A stretch of DNA of 63,960 nucleotides, the filler included, from Octopus bimaculoides (taxonomy: Eukaryota), in assembly GCF_001194135.2 (NCBI RefSeq). It is 6 parts of 5 records of this genome, joined end to end, with 100 filler letters (N's around TTAATTAATTAA, not from the genome) between each part and the next. Parts side by side here need not be neighbours in the genome. Positions count along the whole stretch, not along the records: positions 1 to 29,771 come from NC_069006.1; 5 more parts are not named here. One strand, written 5' to 3'. A program made the translations under genes and the position numbers. Under the pieces are notes generated by a model. That model was not told the origin of the DNA and ran no database searches. It worked only from the letters and a program-made list of their open reading frames with translations. Position 1 is the stretch's first letter, and each line of letters starts with the position of its first letter. Positions 1-13,925 of this stretch are shown here, one piece after another.

Positions 1-278
1 TCAGGCTGAAATGGTTTTGTGATGTGTTTTGGTTTTAGATATTGGTGCAGGTATGGCTGCGTGGTTTAGAGGCATATTTTCCCAACTGTGTGATCTTCAG
101 TTCAGTGCTAACCATAGTCTTGTGAGTGAATTTGGTAGATGGGAAGTATGTGTGAGGAAGTCCCGAAGAGCGTAGCCTCAAAATGTCCAAAGACTTTTCC
201 ATTCTTCTCAAGCATTGAATTAATACACCTGCTTGTTGTTCCTTCACCTGTCCTTTGTTTTATGTAAATTTGAACTAT

Positions 279-772
279 ATAGGCACAGGAGCGGCTGTGT
301 GGTAAGTAGCTGGCTTACCAACCACATGGTTCCGGGTTCAGTCCCACTGCATTGCACCTTGAGCAAGTGTCTTCTACTATAGCCTCGGGCCAACCAAAGC
401 CTTGTGAGTCGATTTGGTAGATGGAAACTGAAAGAAACCCATTGTATATAGATATATATATATGTTTGTGTGTCTTTGTACCCCCCAAAACATCGCTTGA
501 CAACTGATGCTGGTGTGTTTACGTCCCCGTAACTTAGCGGTTCGGCAAAAGAGACCGATAGGATAAGTACTAAGAGGCCCATCATGTGTGTATTGGTCCA
601 CCAGCACTTGAGTGTTGGTTTGTTTACATCCCCATAACTTGGTTCAGCAAAAGAGACCAGTAGTATAAGCACCAAGCTTTAAAAAATAAGTACTTGGTGT
701 CTTGTTTGACTTAAACCCTTCAAGGCAGTGCCGTAGTATGGCTGCAATCCAATGAGTGAAACCAGTAAAAGG
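279..772 (+). mobile_element. tRNA-head SINE, family A (head, internal (TA)/(TG) microsatellite, 3' body)
   Basis: A-box-like GGCTGTGTGG and B-box-like GGTTCAGTCCC. The same sequence recurs at ~2345, 6996, 8800, 9820, 11720, 15140, 23015, 29885, 45305 and 63830. Confidence 0.8.
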
Positions 773-3700
773 TTTCTGCTGACTGTTCAAATTGTATTTG
801 GAAAGCGCACACACACTCAAAATAAATAACCATGATTCTAAGGAAATTGAATTTTATATTTTGATTAAACGTTGTTGAATTTTATCTTTAAATCTGTGAG
901 TCACATTATCTCGTCATTAATCTTATCTCCTTCCTGCTAACGAAATAGCTTAGCCTATTCAAAACTCGTCTAAATTTATCTGCTTTCGTGATGGTTCACT
1001 GTGCTGATTTTGGAATTGCGCTGTCTCATAGAAACGAGCATTTCACTTTGGTTTCATAGTGTTGATTTGACACACGAGAACTCCATCTATATTGAGATAT
1101 GACTCTATCGCAGATTACTGTCACAGAAAAGCTGGTATATATTCAAAACAGATAAATATACAGAGATACATGGGATTAAGTGTACTGCTAAAATACACAA
1201 GGAAATACCTTGCTGCCAGTTTGATGTTGAACACCTTATCCATCAGGCTTTTTCACTTCCTCTTGGGTAAGCTTGGCTCATTTTACTCACTTGTGGTGGC
1301 ATTTACTCGTGGTGGGTTGAGCTGGCTTTAACCAACAAGTTCACCATGTCCCTCACGGATGCTGCCGTAACTGTAGTTGTCATTCACTGTAGAGGTCATG
1401 TTTGGAGTTTCAATGGGAACACAAATTCACATGGATAAGAGGTTGACTTGACTTAGCATCAGTAGCAAGTGGAAGGTGGGGGACCAGCCTGCTTCTGGTG
1501 AGGCTTTTATGATGGTGACATTTTGGGGTCTACCTGTTTAGGCTTGTGGGAGCTGGAGAACTCGGCGGTNNNNNNNNNNNNNNNNNNNNNNNNNNNNNNN
1601 NNNNNNNNNNNNNNNNNNNNNNNNNNNNNNNNNNNNNNNNNNNNNNNNNNNNNNNNNNNNNNNNNNNNNNNNNNNNNNNNNNNNNNNNNNNNNNNNNNNN
1701 NNNNNNNNNNNNNNNNNNNNNNNNNNNNNNNNNNNNNNNNNNNNNNNNNNNNNNNNNNNNNNNNNNNNNNNNNNNNNNNNNNNNNNNNNNNNNNNNNNNN
1801 NNNNNNNNNNNNNNNNNNNNNNNNNNNNNNNNNNNNNNNNNNNNNNNNNNNNNNNNNNNNNNNNNNNNNNNNNNNNNNNNNNNNNNNNNNNNNGACTACA
1901 AACGTTAATAACAAGAACATAAACCTCACACAAGTCTGCTTCAAAAGAGTGAATGAACTAAAACTAATTACGAAACCCACTCCCCACCCTTCCCTGATTT
2001 ATGTCATCAATTTGTTTCATTTGTTGTTTATTTATTGCCAATTTTCTGTTTAATTAGTCATTGCTCCATTTTTCTGTTTCCCAGCTCTAATTGTGCGATT
2101 GAAGCTAGTATTCTTTATTGTGTTGGTCACCAGTTAGATTTATGAAAGACACCAAGGTGGTAGTAGTGGCAGTGGTGCTGGCGGCTGAGAAAGGGCAGGA
2201 ACGGAGGACAGAATGCTTTGTTGGTTTCTTAACATTTTGAGTTCAAATCCCGGATGTAGCCGATTCAACCTTTTAGTGTTCAGATTACTGTCAAATGTAA
2301 TCCCTACTTATCCACATCGTTTTCAATTAATCCTGCATATACGATGGGCTTCTTACAGTTTCCCTTTACCAAATCCACTCACAAGGCTCTGATCAGCCTG
2401 AGGCTATAGTAGAAGACTCTTGCCCAAGGACTAAACCCAGAACCAAGCTTCTTACCATGAATATAAAGCAAGTAAAAATACTTGAACCAGATAAGGCCAG
2501 TTTAAATGCTAAAGAGTTAAACAACATTCTTCGCATTCTAGTAAGAGGTGTGAATTTTTACTAAACCCATTGTTTGTAAATTCAGTGTAAAATTGACCCA
2601 ATACCACATGGCATTTTATGAATGGATTTGTTCTGGCGGCAATAAGGCTGCTCAGTATGTTCCATTGAAAGTCAGTAAAGGGTTATTAAGAACTGGTTTG
2701 GATTTAATTCATGGCATATTTCACTCTTGAAATCTTATTCTCAATAAGAAATGGGAGTGTTCCTGATAGTCCTGCTTCACTTAGTTCTGTGTACTTGGGG
2801 TGGGTGGGATGTGTGCATGTTTATTTTTAAACTTCTGACCTGTTAGGCCCACCCACAAGTTAGCACAGAGACAAGAAAAGGTCCCAGAACTCAAAGGTGT
2901 TATTTTTAGTCCCAGATCAAACAAACGTATCAATTCCCCACCACCACCAATCAACCCCTCCCCCATCCTTTTTCTTATCTTTTTTCTTTCTTTTTTTTTT
3001 ATCAGATGGAGGGCAATCTCAACATAGTATCAACGCCATAATAAATTGCTCCAGCATGGCTGCAGTCTAACGACTGAAACAAGTAAAATGTAAATGATAC
3101 ATGTTCTCACCTCCACTACCCATACACTTGAAGTTTGCATCTGAGACTAAAAAGGTTCCCCACCTCCTGGGGAATAGTAGTTTCTACTAGTGACCAGACC
3201 AGCAAGAAATAGCAGCCAAATTTAGTTGGCTGAATCTGAAGGAAGCCCATTTTGTGTTTTTATCTTCTGTCTATATTTAGATACACACATCAGTCAGGAC
3301 AGGATTTGTTAGAATCTCGGCATTTTAACATTCAGGATGCCGAAAGAACTTCACTTGTGTTCTTTTATATTCTGACATTGTGTGTGTGTTAAGTGTATCT
3401 CTAAAGCTGTAAATTCTATAGAAAATCTGTAGAGTCAGCCTTGAAAGTTATGATGTTTTGCATACAAGTACATTTATGCCAACAATGCAATCAAAAATAG
3501 AAAAAAAAAGTAATGGGTGTATATGCATATTTCAAGAGTTATTGCTCTTTTATCAGTGCCACATTCAACCTATATATTTATGTATAAGTGAGCAAGTAAC
3601 TTCTATTTTGGCCCAAGGCAGGTCAAAGCCCTATGGTTAGATTTGGTTGCTGAAAACTGAAAGAAGTTCTGTGTATGTGTGTGTATGTCTCCTTGTGTTG

Positions 3701-4389
3701 GTATGATGTGCGGAATGTAAATAAACCAGGGCTGTGGAGTATGAAACAATTAAGGAGTAGTCGGAGTCGGTAAAACTATACCGACTCTGACTCACAATGT
3801 CTTTATTCTCTAGTGTAAACCACTTATAACATAGAGGCCTACTCAAAGAACAAGTGTATGCATATGCTTTATGAGATATGTAGAAGACCACAGTCACTAA
3901 ATTACATAAAGAGGAGTCGTAGTTTGTTGTTTCGACTCCACAGTCCTGAAATAAATGCCACCATTATGCAAGTGTTTCCATAAGCAATCTTCCATGAAAG
4001 CATGTCTAGACATTGTGCTGCTCGTGTTCAAAGGATTCAGAGAGCAAAATTACCTTCACCGGAAACAGTGGGAGGTTGGCAACAGGAAGCGCATCCAGCT
4101 GTAGAAAATTAACCACAGAATTTCTTTGACTCTTGTAAACATGGAAAAGAGGTCGTTAAAATGCTGATGCTGTTAGAAGTAAAAGCGAGGAGGAATAATA
4201 AGCTGACAGTTGCAGCTGAAGCACTTGACCTTTGGAGATGTTCCAGGCTAAAGTCATTGACCTGCAATTTGTTATTATCAGATATACTTTCTTGATAATC
4301 TTCAGGCTTGCACTGTTAATTTAAGATGGCACACTTCACAAGAAGCTCTGCCCACAACAACAACAGTTATAATAATAATAATAATAATA

Positions 4390-4680
4390 ATAATAACTGC
4401 TAAGCATTTCACCTGGCATGCTAACAATTCTGCCAGCTTGCAGACTTAATAATAATAATAATCCTTCCTAATGGAGGCCTAAGGCCTCAGATTTGACGAA
4501 GGGATTAAGTCGATTGCATCAACACCAGTGTGTAACTGGTACTTATTTAATCGACTCCGAAAGGATGAAAGGCAGACGACGACCTCAGTGAAATTTGAAC
4601 TCAGAACGTAGCAGCAGACGAAATACCATTCAGCATTTCGCCCGGTGTGCTAACAATTCTGCCAGCCCCCCTGCCCTGAG
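4390..4680 (-). mobile_element. tRNA-head SINE, family C (one copy plus a head fragment), flanked by (AAT)n
   Basis: Reverse complement reads A-box TGGCAGAATTGTTAG and B-box GAGTTCAAATT; multi-copy in the window. Confidence 0.75.
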
Positions 4681-4880
4681 TGGCTCCTGTGCCGCCTGAC
4701 TGGCTCCCGTGCCGGTGGCACATAAAAAGCACCCGCTACACTTTAGGAAGGGCATCCAGCTGTAGAAACATTGCCAGATCAGATTGGAGCCTGGTGCAGC
4801 CTCCTGGCTTGCCAGTCCTCAGTCAAACCATCCAACCCATGCCAGCATGGAAAACAGACGTTGAACGATGATGATGATGA
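4680..4880 (+). mobile_element. Short element sharing the RTE LINE 3' end (...AAGGGCATCCAGCTGTAGAAA...CCAACCCATGCCAGCATGGAAAA...GTT.AACGATGATGATG)
   Basis: Similar to the reverse complement of 57297-57440 (RTE 3' UTR); (GAT)n tail. Confidence 0.7.
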
Positions 4881-5478
4881 TTTATATATAAAATACTACA
4901 ATTAGCCATCGTTTTTGACGGTACTGGGCCACCTAGTAATATTAATAATGATAATGAGTAATCCTGGATTAATGCTTTTTGTTAGACATCTAAAAAATGG
5001 CTCTAAGAATATAGATTTCAACTGTTGATAATCATTTAGTTCAACTAATAAAGTGCTTCCCACACAGGTTTACGACTACTAACCAGTTTCTGTTTAAAAA
5101 CTGGTTAGCTGCTGGTAACATTTAATCTGTACAGTAGTAAGAGGCTCCACAGGTTTGCTAATATTAGTAGTAGTAGTAGTAGTAATCTAACTCGAAATAC
5201 TTGTATACTGATAGGTGCTAGTCATTCCTTTAATGTCATATTACTAAAGCGGTGGGTTGGGTGAGTCGTTAGAGCATCAAACAAAATGTCTTGTGGTATT
5301 CCATGGTAGGTTTTTAAAAATTTTTTTTTATTTTGACCTTTTGCATTCTGAGTTCAGATCCCATTGAGGTAACTTTTGCCTTTCTTTGTTTCAGAGGTCA
5401 ATGTAATATAATTTAAAAACACCAGTCAAGGACTGGAGGTCAATGCAATCATCTTATCCTCCTCCATTCATATCTATG

Positions 5479-5510
<32 letters not shown>

Positions 5511-6253
5511 CCCTAATTACTGACCTTCTTCCTAAATTATTATTATTTGTAATCGGGTCAGGATGGATGACAGGAAGAACATCTGTTTAATAGAAAATCT
5601 GCCTCAACAAAATACATTTATTCCATGTGGACATTAAAATGCTGTTGATGAGACCAAGTGTATGAGAGTACATTATTTGGTGTGTCCTTTATTTTTTTTT
5701 AAGTTGATAGAATTATTTGAGGATTGCTAGGAGTAGGAGGTTGAAGATGCCAGATGGGTATAAAACCATCTCATGGCACTTGGGTACCATCGATCGTTTG
5801 GTTTGTTGCAAGCATTCAGAGCAGTTGCCTAGGGGTTGGAAAACACAGCCATTTGATGCACTAATTTCTCTGTGTTCCCCCACCCAGCTTATTGAAGGGC
5901 AGCAGAAAAAAATAGGCTGTGTGTACACTACCCTGTTACCTGAAATTAAATGGTTAGAAAGGAAATATGATTAGTGTTATCAAAGTCAACAAAACTAGGA
6001 TATAACGATAGTGAGCTAAACCCATGTTTATTCATCTTACCTTGATATATATATATATATTTATTTATTTGTGTGTGTGCGTGTTTTGTTTGTTTTTTGT
6101 TACCATCTTTTGACGGCTTGTTGGAATCGTGCTGAAATGCCAGCAGCCCAACCACCTTGCTCGCTCTCCTCCTACATAACATCTATTCTTGCACAGATAT
6201 TCTCTAATTCTTACAGTCTAATATTAGATTTGACTATCATCATCTATATAGGC

Positions 6254-6498
6254 CAGTGTTTCTCAATCTTTTTTTTTTTTTTACCTATGGACCCTGTTTG
6301 GTCCCTATTTTACTCTACTGACCCCCTCCTAGCTATTTGAAGTTTTAAAAAATAGTCCCATTTTTGTAATTGAATATTAATAGGAATTGTATAAAAAAAT
6401 TTTTTTTAATATTTTGTGTATTGTAGAAGTATAACCGNNNNNNNNNNCATCTTGTATGGAACCCGAAGGATCATAGGGTCCTCAGTTGAAACCCACTT
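6254..6498. mobile_element. Possible hAT-type MITE remnant
   Basis: CAGTGTTTCTCAA at the left, degenerate TTGAAACCCACTT at the right; a similar right end TTGAGAACCACTG occurs at ~21810; no TSD found. Confidence 0.35.
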
Positions 6499-6521
6499 TG
6501 TCTTGGTGATGGAAGAAATAC

Positions 6522-6561
<40 letters not shown>

Positions 6562-6995
6562 ACCTGATCACTCAGGGTGAACTAGAATTGTACTTCACAC
6601 ACACACATGTAACACATACATGCATACTGATAAACACACACACATGTATATGCACTAATAAAACATTTTCCAGTGCATGTGTTCTGTAACACATCGTTTC
6701 TTGTCTATGTGAGTGTGTATGTTCATGTGAGTGTGTGTGTTCATGTGAGTGTGTGTCTGTTTCTAGGTTGTGGTTTTGTAACTATTCTTATCAATCGGCA
6801 GAAACCGTTTTCTCTTTGGTTCCTCCAGTTGATGTAAATCACTGTTTTCTTTAGAGTCAGTTGAGCTCAAAGGTCCCACCTGACAGGAGAAGTAGTGATG
6901 TTCATGTTTTTCTTCGAGGCATTTGTAGAGTAAATGAAGTGAAATAGTTTATCCTATGAATGCAAACATCTTGTCTAGCAGTGGTGCAGGACAAA

Positions 6996-7165
6996 CACAC
7001 ACACAATGGGCTTCTTTCAGTTTCCGTCTACCAAATCCACTCACAAGGCTTGGATCAGCCCAAGGCTTTAGTGGAAGACACTTACCCAAGGTGCCATGCA
7101 GTTGGACTGAACCCGGAACTATGTGGTTGGGAAGCAAGCTTCTTACCACACAGCCACGCCTGCAC
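6996..7165 (-). mobile_element. SINE family A head
   Basis: Reverse-complement match to 279-445. Confidence 0.8.
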
Positions 7166-7378
7166 CTACATATTTTATTCTTCCTCTTTTATGTTCAAAC
7201 CAACCAGATCTGGCCCCTTACACCTACCCTACAATGTCATTCTAAAAATAATCACATCATCCAAATCTCAAAGATATGAGATAATCCATCATTAATTTAA
7301 AACAATGTGAACAAAGAAATCCGAATGCTAAACAGTTAATGATATCCTTTTTTTTTTCCCTGTTTTTTGCTATTTTAG

Positions 7379-7466
7379 ATTGAACAGCCACTACCTCACT
7401 CTGGAGGCTGAGGGACCAGCTTTCAGTGAGAACAATCCCAACACCCACCAGATGCCTGCCAGTATG
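7379..7466 (+). CDS. MTMR3: Probable start-codon exon of MTMR3/4 (5'UTR plus MPASM or M; ATGs at 7452 and 7464)
   Basis: Pyrimidine tract with ttttag acceptor at 7377-7378. The exon ends ATG|GTAAGT at 7466, phase 0, matching the phase-0 acceptor at 17519. No protein homology in this exon itself. Confidence 0.55.
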
Positions 7467-8799
7467 GTAAGTCCTTCACTATTGTTTTCATTTCTAGCAA
7501 TATTCATTTGCCATCTCCTACTTTCTCCACTCTCATTCTCATGTGCTTCTTCTACATACATGCGTGCTCAGAGAGCGTTTAGTGTTACTTAACTGTGCTG
7601 TTATCTAATATCTGGTTACCTAATTTCCAGTGCGAAACTGATTGGGAAGATCAATTGTAGCGGATCTATAATAGTGTGCTTTGATTAATATACCCACCCT
7701 ATTGATAAATATATGAGTGCATATTTTTCTTGGCTTATGGATTCTTAGACAATTATATATCATCATCATAAGTTTGTTTTCCATGTTGTAAACTGTGATG
7801 ATGATGATGACGATGACAAAACAAAATCTTACACGTTAGGAGTCCATCCCAAGAAATATTTTTCGTTTCGTGGTTTGTAAGCAGCAATATTATTATGTCG
7901 GTTAAATGTAGGATAACCACGGAAAGATCAAATGAAGAAATTAGCCATGACAGACAGTAAAACAGAATATTCGCTGCAACCTTGATAATTATTGCAATTG
8001 TTTAACAACATAATATCTGCCTGTCTCTAATACAACAGCTTAGCAACATAAACCTGAAGAGCACCACCACATACACACACACACACACAATGCCTCGTCG
8101 TTATTATTGACACTGGCAACATGCACATACATACTTACATGTGATTAATTCTGTTTATCTTTAGAGGTTAATCTTCTTTAGGTTTCCATGCCTGCATGGG
8201 TTGAATGGATTTCATGAGGCACAGCCAGATGTCCTTCATGTTGCTAACCTCTTTTAGCCCCTCTTATGACACAGGGACGTGGTGGCACACCTATTCTAAA
8301 ACCAAGGCACACAAGGTATTCATAAAAAAGGGAAAACTTACATCAAGTCTTATCACCTGAAGCTGGGGACAGTGCATTATATATGTATATATATATATGT
8401 ATATATATATATATGTATATATGTATATATATATGTATATATATATATATATGTATATATGTATATATATATATAAATATATGTATTCTTTTACATGTTT
8501 GAGTAATTTGACTGCAGCCATGCTGGAGCACCACCTTAAAGGGTGTCAGTCGAAGAAATCAACCCCAGGACATATTCTTTGTAACCCTAGTGCTTATTCT
8601 ATCAGTCTCTTTTGCTGGTATTGATAATGGGGGAGATAAGAGCAGACCAAGTGAGTCACCTAATCAGTGTGATAATGAATACTATGGAGGCGGCAGCGAG
8701 GGGGGGGGTGATATATTACAGACAGATAAGAGTTATATAACATGCTAGGCTCAAACACAACAGCAACTAAGTAAATGATTACCATGTTTCTTTTACTTG

Positions 8800-8949
8800 T
8801 TTCGGTCGTTTGACTGTGGCCATGCTGGAGCACTGCCTTTTAGTTGAAGAAATTGACTCCCTGGGCTTATTCTATCGGGTCTCTTTTAACAAGCTGCTAA
8901 GTTACAGGGATGTAAACACAGCTGCATAGGTTTTCAAGCGATGGTGGTG

Positions 8950-8986
<37 letters not shown>

Positions 8987-9150
8987 GACTGGCTTCTTTC
9001 AGTTTCCATCTACCAAACCCACTCACAAGGCTTTGGTTAGCCCCAGGCTATAGTAGAAGACACTTGCCCAAGGTGTCACGCAGCAGGACTGAACCCAGAG
9101 CTATGTGGTTGGGAAGCAAGCATCTTACCATACAACCACTACCTGCACCT
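8800..9150 (-). mobile_element. SINE family A with internal (CA)n
   Basis: Head 8990-9150 and body 8800-8945, reverse complement to 279-772. Confidence 0.75.
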
Positions 9151-9238
9151 AAATAATGACACAACTCGTGTTATGAATCTCTGAATGTGAGATTCACACA
9201 ATTTTCTTTTGCTCCACTGCATGAAACTATTTCATGTT

Positions 9239-9504
9239 TGTTGGTAGATCATAAAGTTATGATGCCCCATTGTTGGTAGATCATAAAGTTATGATGCCCC
9301 ATTGTTGGTAGATCATAAAGTTATGATGCCCCATTGTTGGTAGATCATAAAGTTATGATGCCCCATTGTTGGTAGATCATAAAGTTATGCTCCATAGTGG
9401 CTGCGTCATAAAATGATGATACGCTGTTGTAGCTAGCTCATAAAGATGTGATGCCCTGTTGTAGTCAGATCATAAAGATATGATGTTGCATTGTCGGTAG
9501 ATCA
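9239..9504. repeat. 32-bp minisatellite TGTTGGTAGATCATAAAGTTATGATGCCCCAT; 4.7 perfect plus ~4 degenerate units
   Basis: Units start at 9239, 9271, 9303, 9335 and 9367, with no spacers. Confidence 0.9.
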
Positions 9505-9819
9505 CACGGTAAGAATGCCTCCTTTGTAAATAGGCCATTTGGTGGTGCCCTTTTGTATTATGGGACGTAGACCAATGCTACAATAGCAAACCTTAAAGTG
9601 CTAAGAGGAGTGGATTTCTATTCAAGTGATCCCATTGTGTGTTTTCTGTCGATAAGATAGGATTCTAGTTGTCATTAGGATAGTTATATGGTTGTTATTT
9701 CCGTGTTGAGCCAAAGTAGGATGCAGATAATATCTATGCAAAAGTGTGTGTGTGTGTGTGATGAAACTGGTGAATTATATGTCTGTATATATGTACACAC
9801 ACACACGCAAGCATAAATA

Positions 9820-9990
9820 TATAGGTGCAGGAGTGGCTGTGTGGCAAGTAGCTTGCTTACCAACCACATAATTCTGGGTTCAGTCCCACTGCGTAGCACC
9901 TTGGGCAAGTGTCTTCTGCTATAGCCTCAGGCCAACTAAAGCCTTGTCAGTGGATTTGGTAGATGGAAACTGAAAGAAGCCTGTCGTGTG
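9820..9990 (+). mobile_element. SINE family A head
   Basis: ATAGGTGCAGGAGTGGCTGTGTGG...GAAAGAAGCCTGTCG followed by (TA)n. Confidence 0.8.
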
Positions 9991-10275
9991 TATATATATA
10001 TATATGTNNNNNNNNNNNNNNNNNNNNNNNNNNNNNNNNNNNNNNNNNNNNNNNNNNNNNNNNNNNNNNNNNNNNNNNNNNNNNNNNNNNNNNNNNNNNN
10101 NNNNNNNNNNNNNNNNNNNNNNNNNNNNNNNNNNNNNNNNNNNNNNNNNNNNNNNNNNNNNNNNNNNNNNNNNNNNNNNNNNNNNNNNNNNNNNNNNNNN
10201 NNNNNNNNNNNNNNNNNNNNNNNNNNNNNNNNNNNNNNNNNNNNNNNNNNNNNNNNNNNNNNNNNNNNNNNNNNN

Positions 10276-10332
<57 letters not shown>

Positions 10333-10809
10333 GACACTCACATACAATGACACACTCGCATAACAATATATATACACACATACGCATATTGACACACAGA
10401 AGTGAGGCCATAGAAAGCTATGAAAATAGCAAATGCTCAAAGCATTCTTCAGATTTTGTAGGGTAAAAATCTGGCTGTAAAATAATGAACTTTCTTATCT
10501 GCTTGTGTCCTTGTCGTACTTGTCATCAATTCATTCTGGTAACACAGTTTTATTGGAGGTGTTGGGTCAATAGAACACACACGCACACTCCACCAGCATT
10601 TTAGCACTTTTTAGTTGCTGTGTTGCATCTGGAAGCACTAAACATATGTGTGTGTGTGTGTGTGTGTGTGTGTAACTTGTACAAGATTTAAAGCATTCTG
10701 ATGCATTTTGTCTCCCCTTTCCACCCCACCCCCAGTTCCGTCCCCTCTCTTTTGTCTCTTCTGTAACAAAGCTGCTTTGGTGATTAGTGCTTATCTCACA
10801 ACTGTGGCC

Positions 10810-11270
10810 TTCTCTCTCTCTCTCACACACTCTCTCTCACACACACTCTCTCACACACTCTCACACACACACATTCTCTCTTTCTCTGACACACATACAC
10901 TTTCTCTCACACTTTCTCACATTCTTTCTCTTACACATACTCTCTCTCTCTCACACACACTCTCTCTCTCACACACACTCTCTCTCTCACACACACTCTC
11001 TCTCTCACACACTCTCTCTCTCTCTCACACACTCTCTCTCACACACACTCTCTCTCTCACACTCTCTCTCACACACACACACACTCTCTCATACACACAC
11101 ATTCTCTCACGCACACACTCTCTTACACACTCTCTCTCACATACTCACTCACTCTCTCACACATACACTCTCACTCTCTCTGCCACATACACTCTCACTC
11201 TCTCTCACACACATTCTCTCACACACACACGTACACACTCTCTCTCACATACTTACACACTTTCTGAACA
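10810..11270. repeat. Compound (CT)n/(CA)n low-complexity tract
   Basis: Alternating ctctct/cacaca blocks; source of the spurious 248-aa SHTL ORF. Confidence 0.9.
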
Positions 11271-13925
11271 CTCCCTTGCATTTCAACATTATCTGCCTAA
11301 TTCTATCTCTTGCATTTGTGTGTGTGTGTGTCTATCAGTGTGTGTGTGTGTGGGTTTAATTCTTTATGTATTTACTTATTCATTAAATGTAGCTGATGTG
11401 GCAGCATTTATTTATTTATGTATTTTATTGCTTCTGTTAACCTATTTCTCATGAACCAACTTCACTGGCTTTCATTTACTCTCCGAATGCATTCCATGAA
11501 ATATGGCCACATTATGCATAAGAGTCTCTTTCATAATATAGCTCACTCTCTCTCCCTCCCACTCTATGTATCCATCTATCTATGTATCTAACCATCCACC
11601 CATCAATCCATCTATATATCTATCTTTATCCACCTGTCTCTCTATCCAATCATCCAGCCATCCATGTCTCTATCCAACCATCCATCTGTTTGTCTGTCTG
11701 TGTTTAAAACACACACTGTTGTCAAGCAGTGGTGGAGGACAAACAAATAGAAAGGCACATGCACAGCTATATTTCAGGCTTCTTTCAGTTTCCATCTACC
11801 AGATCTATGCACAAGGCTTAGTTCAGTCTGGGGTTAGTAGAAGACTCTTGCCCAAGGTGCCATGCAGTGGGACTGAACCCAGAACCATGTGATTGGGAAG
11901 CAAGTTTCTTGCCACACAGCCAGGCCTTGTTTGGTATTTAAATTTCATATTATGCACATTTCTGGGTTTGTTTTCCTTGTTCTTTTGTGTCTGGAAAGTT
12001 GCTTGGCAACCTCACTTCTGCTGGTGGAATGGAAAAAAGTACCCAGTATACATCGTAAGGTGGTTGGGACTAGAAAGGGCATCCAACTGTAGAAACCATT
12101 CCAAAACGGACAGCAGCCCTGCAGCTTGTTGGATTCTGCTGGACCATCCAACCCATGCCAGCATGGAAAGTGGACATAAAAGGATGATGATGATTTGTGA
12201 CCATGTGTTATTGGTTGTGGGTTCCCAATGAATCAACAATCAAGGGGTCACTGCATTTCGATGAGTATAAGCCATTTGTTAACATAGGGCTATTGTAGAA
12301 GACACTTGCCTAAAGTGCCGTACCATGTGGCTGGATGTAGGACCACATGGCAGGAAAGCAATCTTCTGGTTCACTTTACAAGGCCTGTCTAAACCCTGTG
12401 AATTAGCTAAAACGGACTTCAAAAGCCTTTGCTCGTTATAACTAATAACCTCATTTATTATCTTTTGGTTGACAAACAACAAAATAATTTCTGGAATTTA
12501 AATTAGGTGCCTAATAAAATATGAAAATATTTTTTTAACCTCCAACTTAATTTCCTTAATTAGTGGTGCATCAATTTCCAATTTAGTCACCCTTAATGTC
12601 TGCCCTGCCAAAGCAGGTTTTCCCTTTAATCCTTGGCTTATAAAAACAGTTGTGTGTACTGCCATTTTTAACATGTTCCTACATCTTCAGGATGAAATCT
12701 AACGGCAAAAATTCATTCCTGTTTGAATATGCCACAACATGTTCAGAATGGATATGTTGCTTTGATTTTTGCTCATTTGTGAGGCCTTCGTTAATTATAA
12801 ACTACAGCTTTGTTAAATTTAAACAAAAATTTAAAAAAAGGTATGGGATGGGTGGTGTACACCGTGTGCACACACAAGGATAGAATAAAGGTGGTGCCCC
12901 AGCATGGTCGCAGTCCAAATGATTGAAACAGGTGAAAGGCAAATGAAAAGAGATTTGGTTCTTGTGAACAGATGTTTCTTCTTGAAGTCTTCAGACAGCT
13001 GCTGGAATCCTTATATTAACCAGAACTCTCACTGCACCATTTTCCGTGTGACTGTTTAGAATTCAGCTGTGAAGATTCTGTTTCACCAGACTTCCCAATC
13101 TGGCTTTTGCAAGTGCAGGAAATGGAAGTGATGTTGTAGCAATAGTGTGGTTTGTTATTTGATAGTAGTGGATGTTGCTGTTGTTGTTTGTGTATGATTC
13201 CTGGCTTACAGCTGTGTATTTTCAACATTCATCTCTGTTGAATAAGCACAGGTAATAGATATCTTCTGTCTTAGCTTGCTCCTGTCTTTCATTGTTAACG
13301 GAAAACCGAACAATGGAACTGAGAACACACACACCTGTTGGTCTTGAAATTAATCTTGGCTTATCAGTTCTTTAGGGGGTAAAAAAAAAAAAAAATTTTT
13401 TTTTTTTTCAAATATCTCTGGTAACTTTTTAAATTCATTAAGTGGATGGATGTGTTTATTAATAGTGATAGCACTTGCATGTAGATCTAAGTACTGTCTT
13501 CAGAATTTCACTGACAATTTGACTACCTGTAAATTCAGGTAACAGAGCTAGGTCATTTGAAAAACAAGATAATGCCAAGTACCTCTAACCACCTGGTAGC
13601 AGCAGTATAGACCAGCCTGTTGTTCATTATCATTATTAACTTGCATACACAGCACTGACAGATGGTAAATAAAATGTGCAGGTGAGATTTGAAGTCTGAA
13701 GATCTCTGCTAGAATTTGCGTAGCTTACCATCACTATGCTGGAAATTTGTTGATGCTGGGATGTTTCAGACTTGTAATTGTTGTGACTGCACAACATGCG
13801 TGAACTTTTAAGATTTTATTGTTGCACTTAAAGGCAAACTGCGTAGGCCATTTACAGATAACAACAACAACAACAATAATTACAGACTGGGAGAGAGAGA
13901 AGGAAGAACTGCGCCGCCTTCGAAG

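Noticed and set aside
1507-2053. Long ORFs spanning N-gaps (also at 9919-10440, 17745-18590, 20531-21271, 24651-25079, 26682-27104, 44612-45155, 50833-51633, 57363-58481)
   Set aside because: Their length comes from Ns translated as X; the flanking residues have no coherent coding signal except where they overlap real exons or TEs.
9239-9389. Regular 32-bp repeats resembling a CRISPR array
   Set aside because: Units abut with no unique spacers, the context is a eukaryotic intron, and there are no cas genes; it is a minisatellite.
10708-11454. 248-aa SHTL-repeat ORF (and the HTHT/CVCV/YIYI/poly-I/poly-L ORFs elsewhere)
   Set aside because: Translations of (CT)/(CA)/(TA)/(ATT) microsatellites, which lack stops in some frames by composition.
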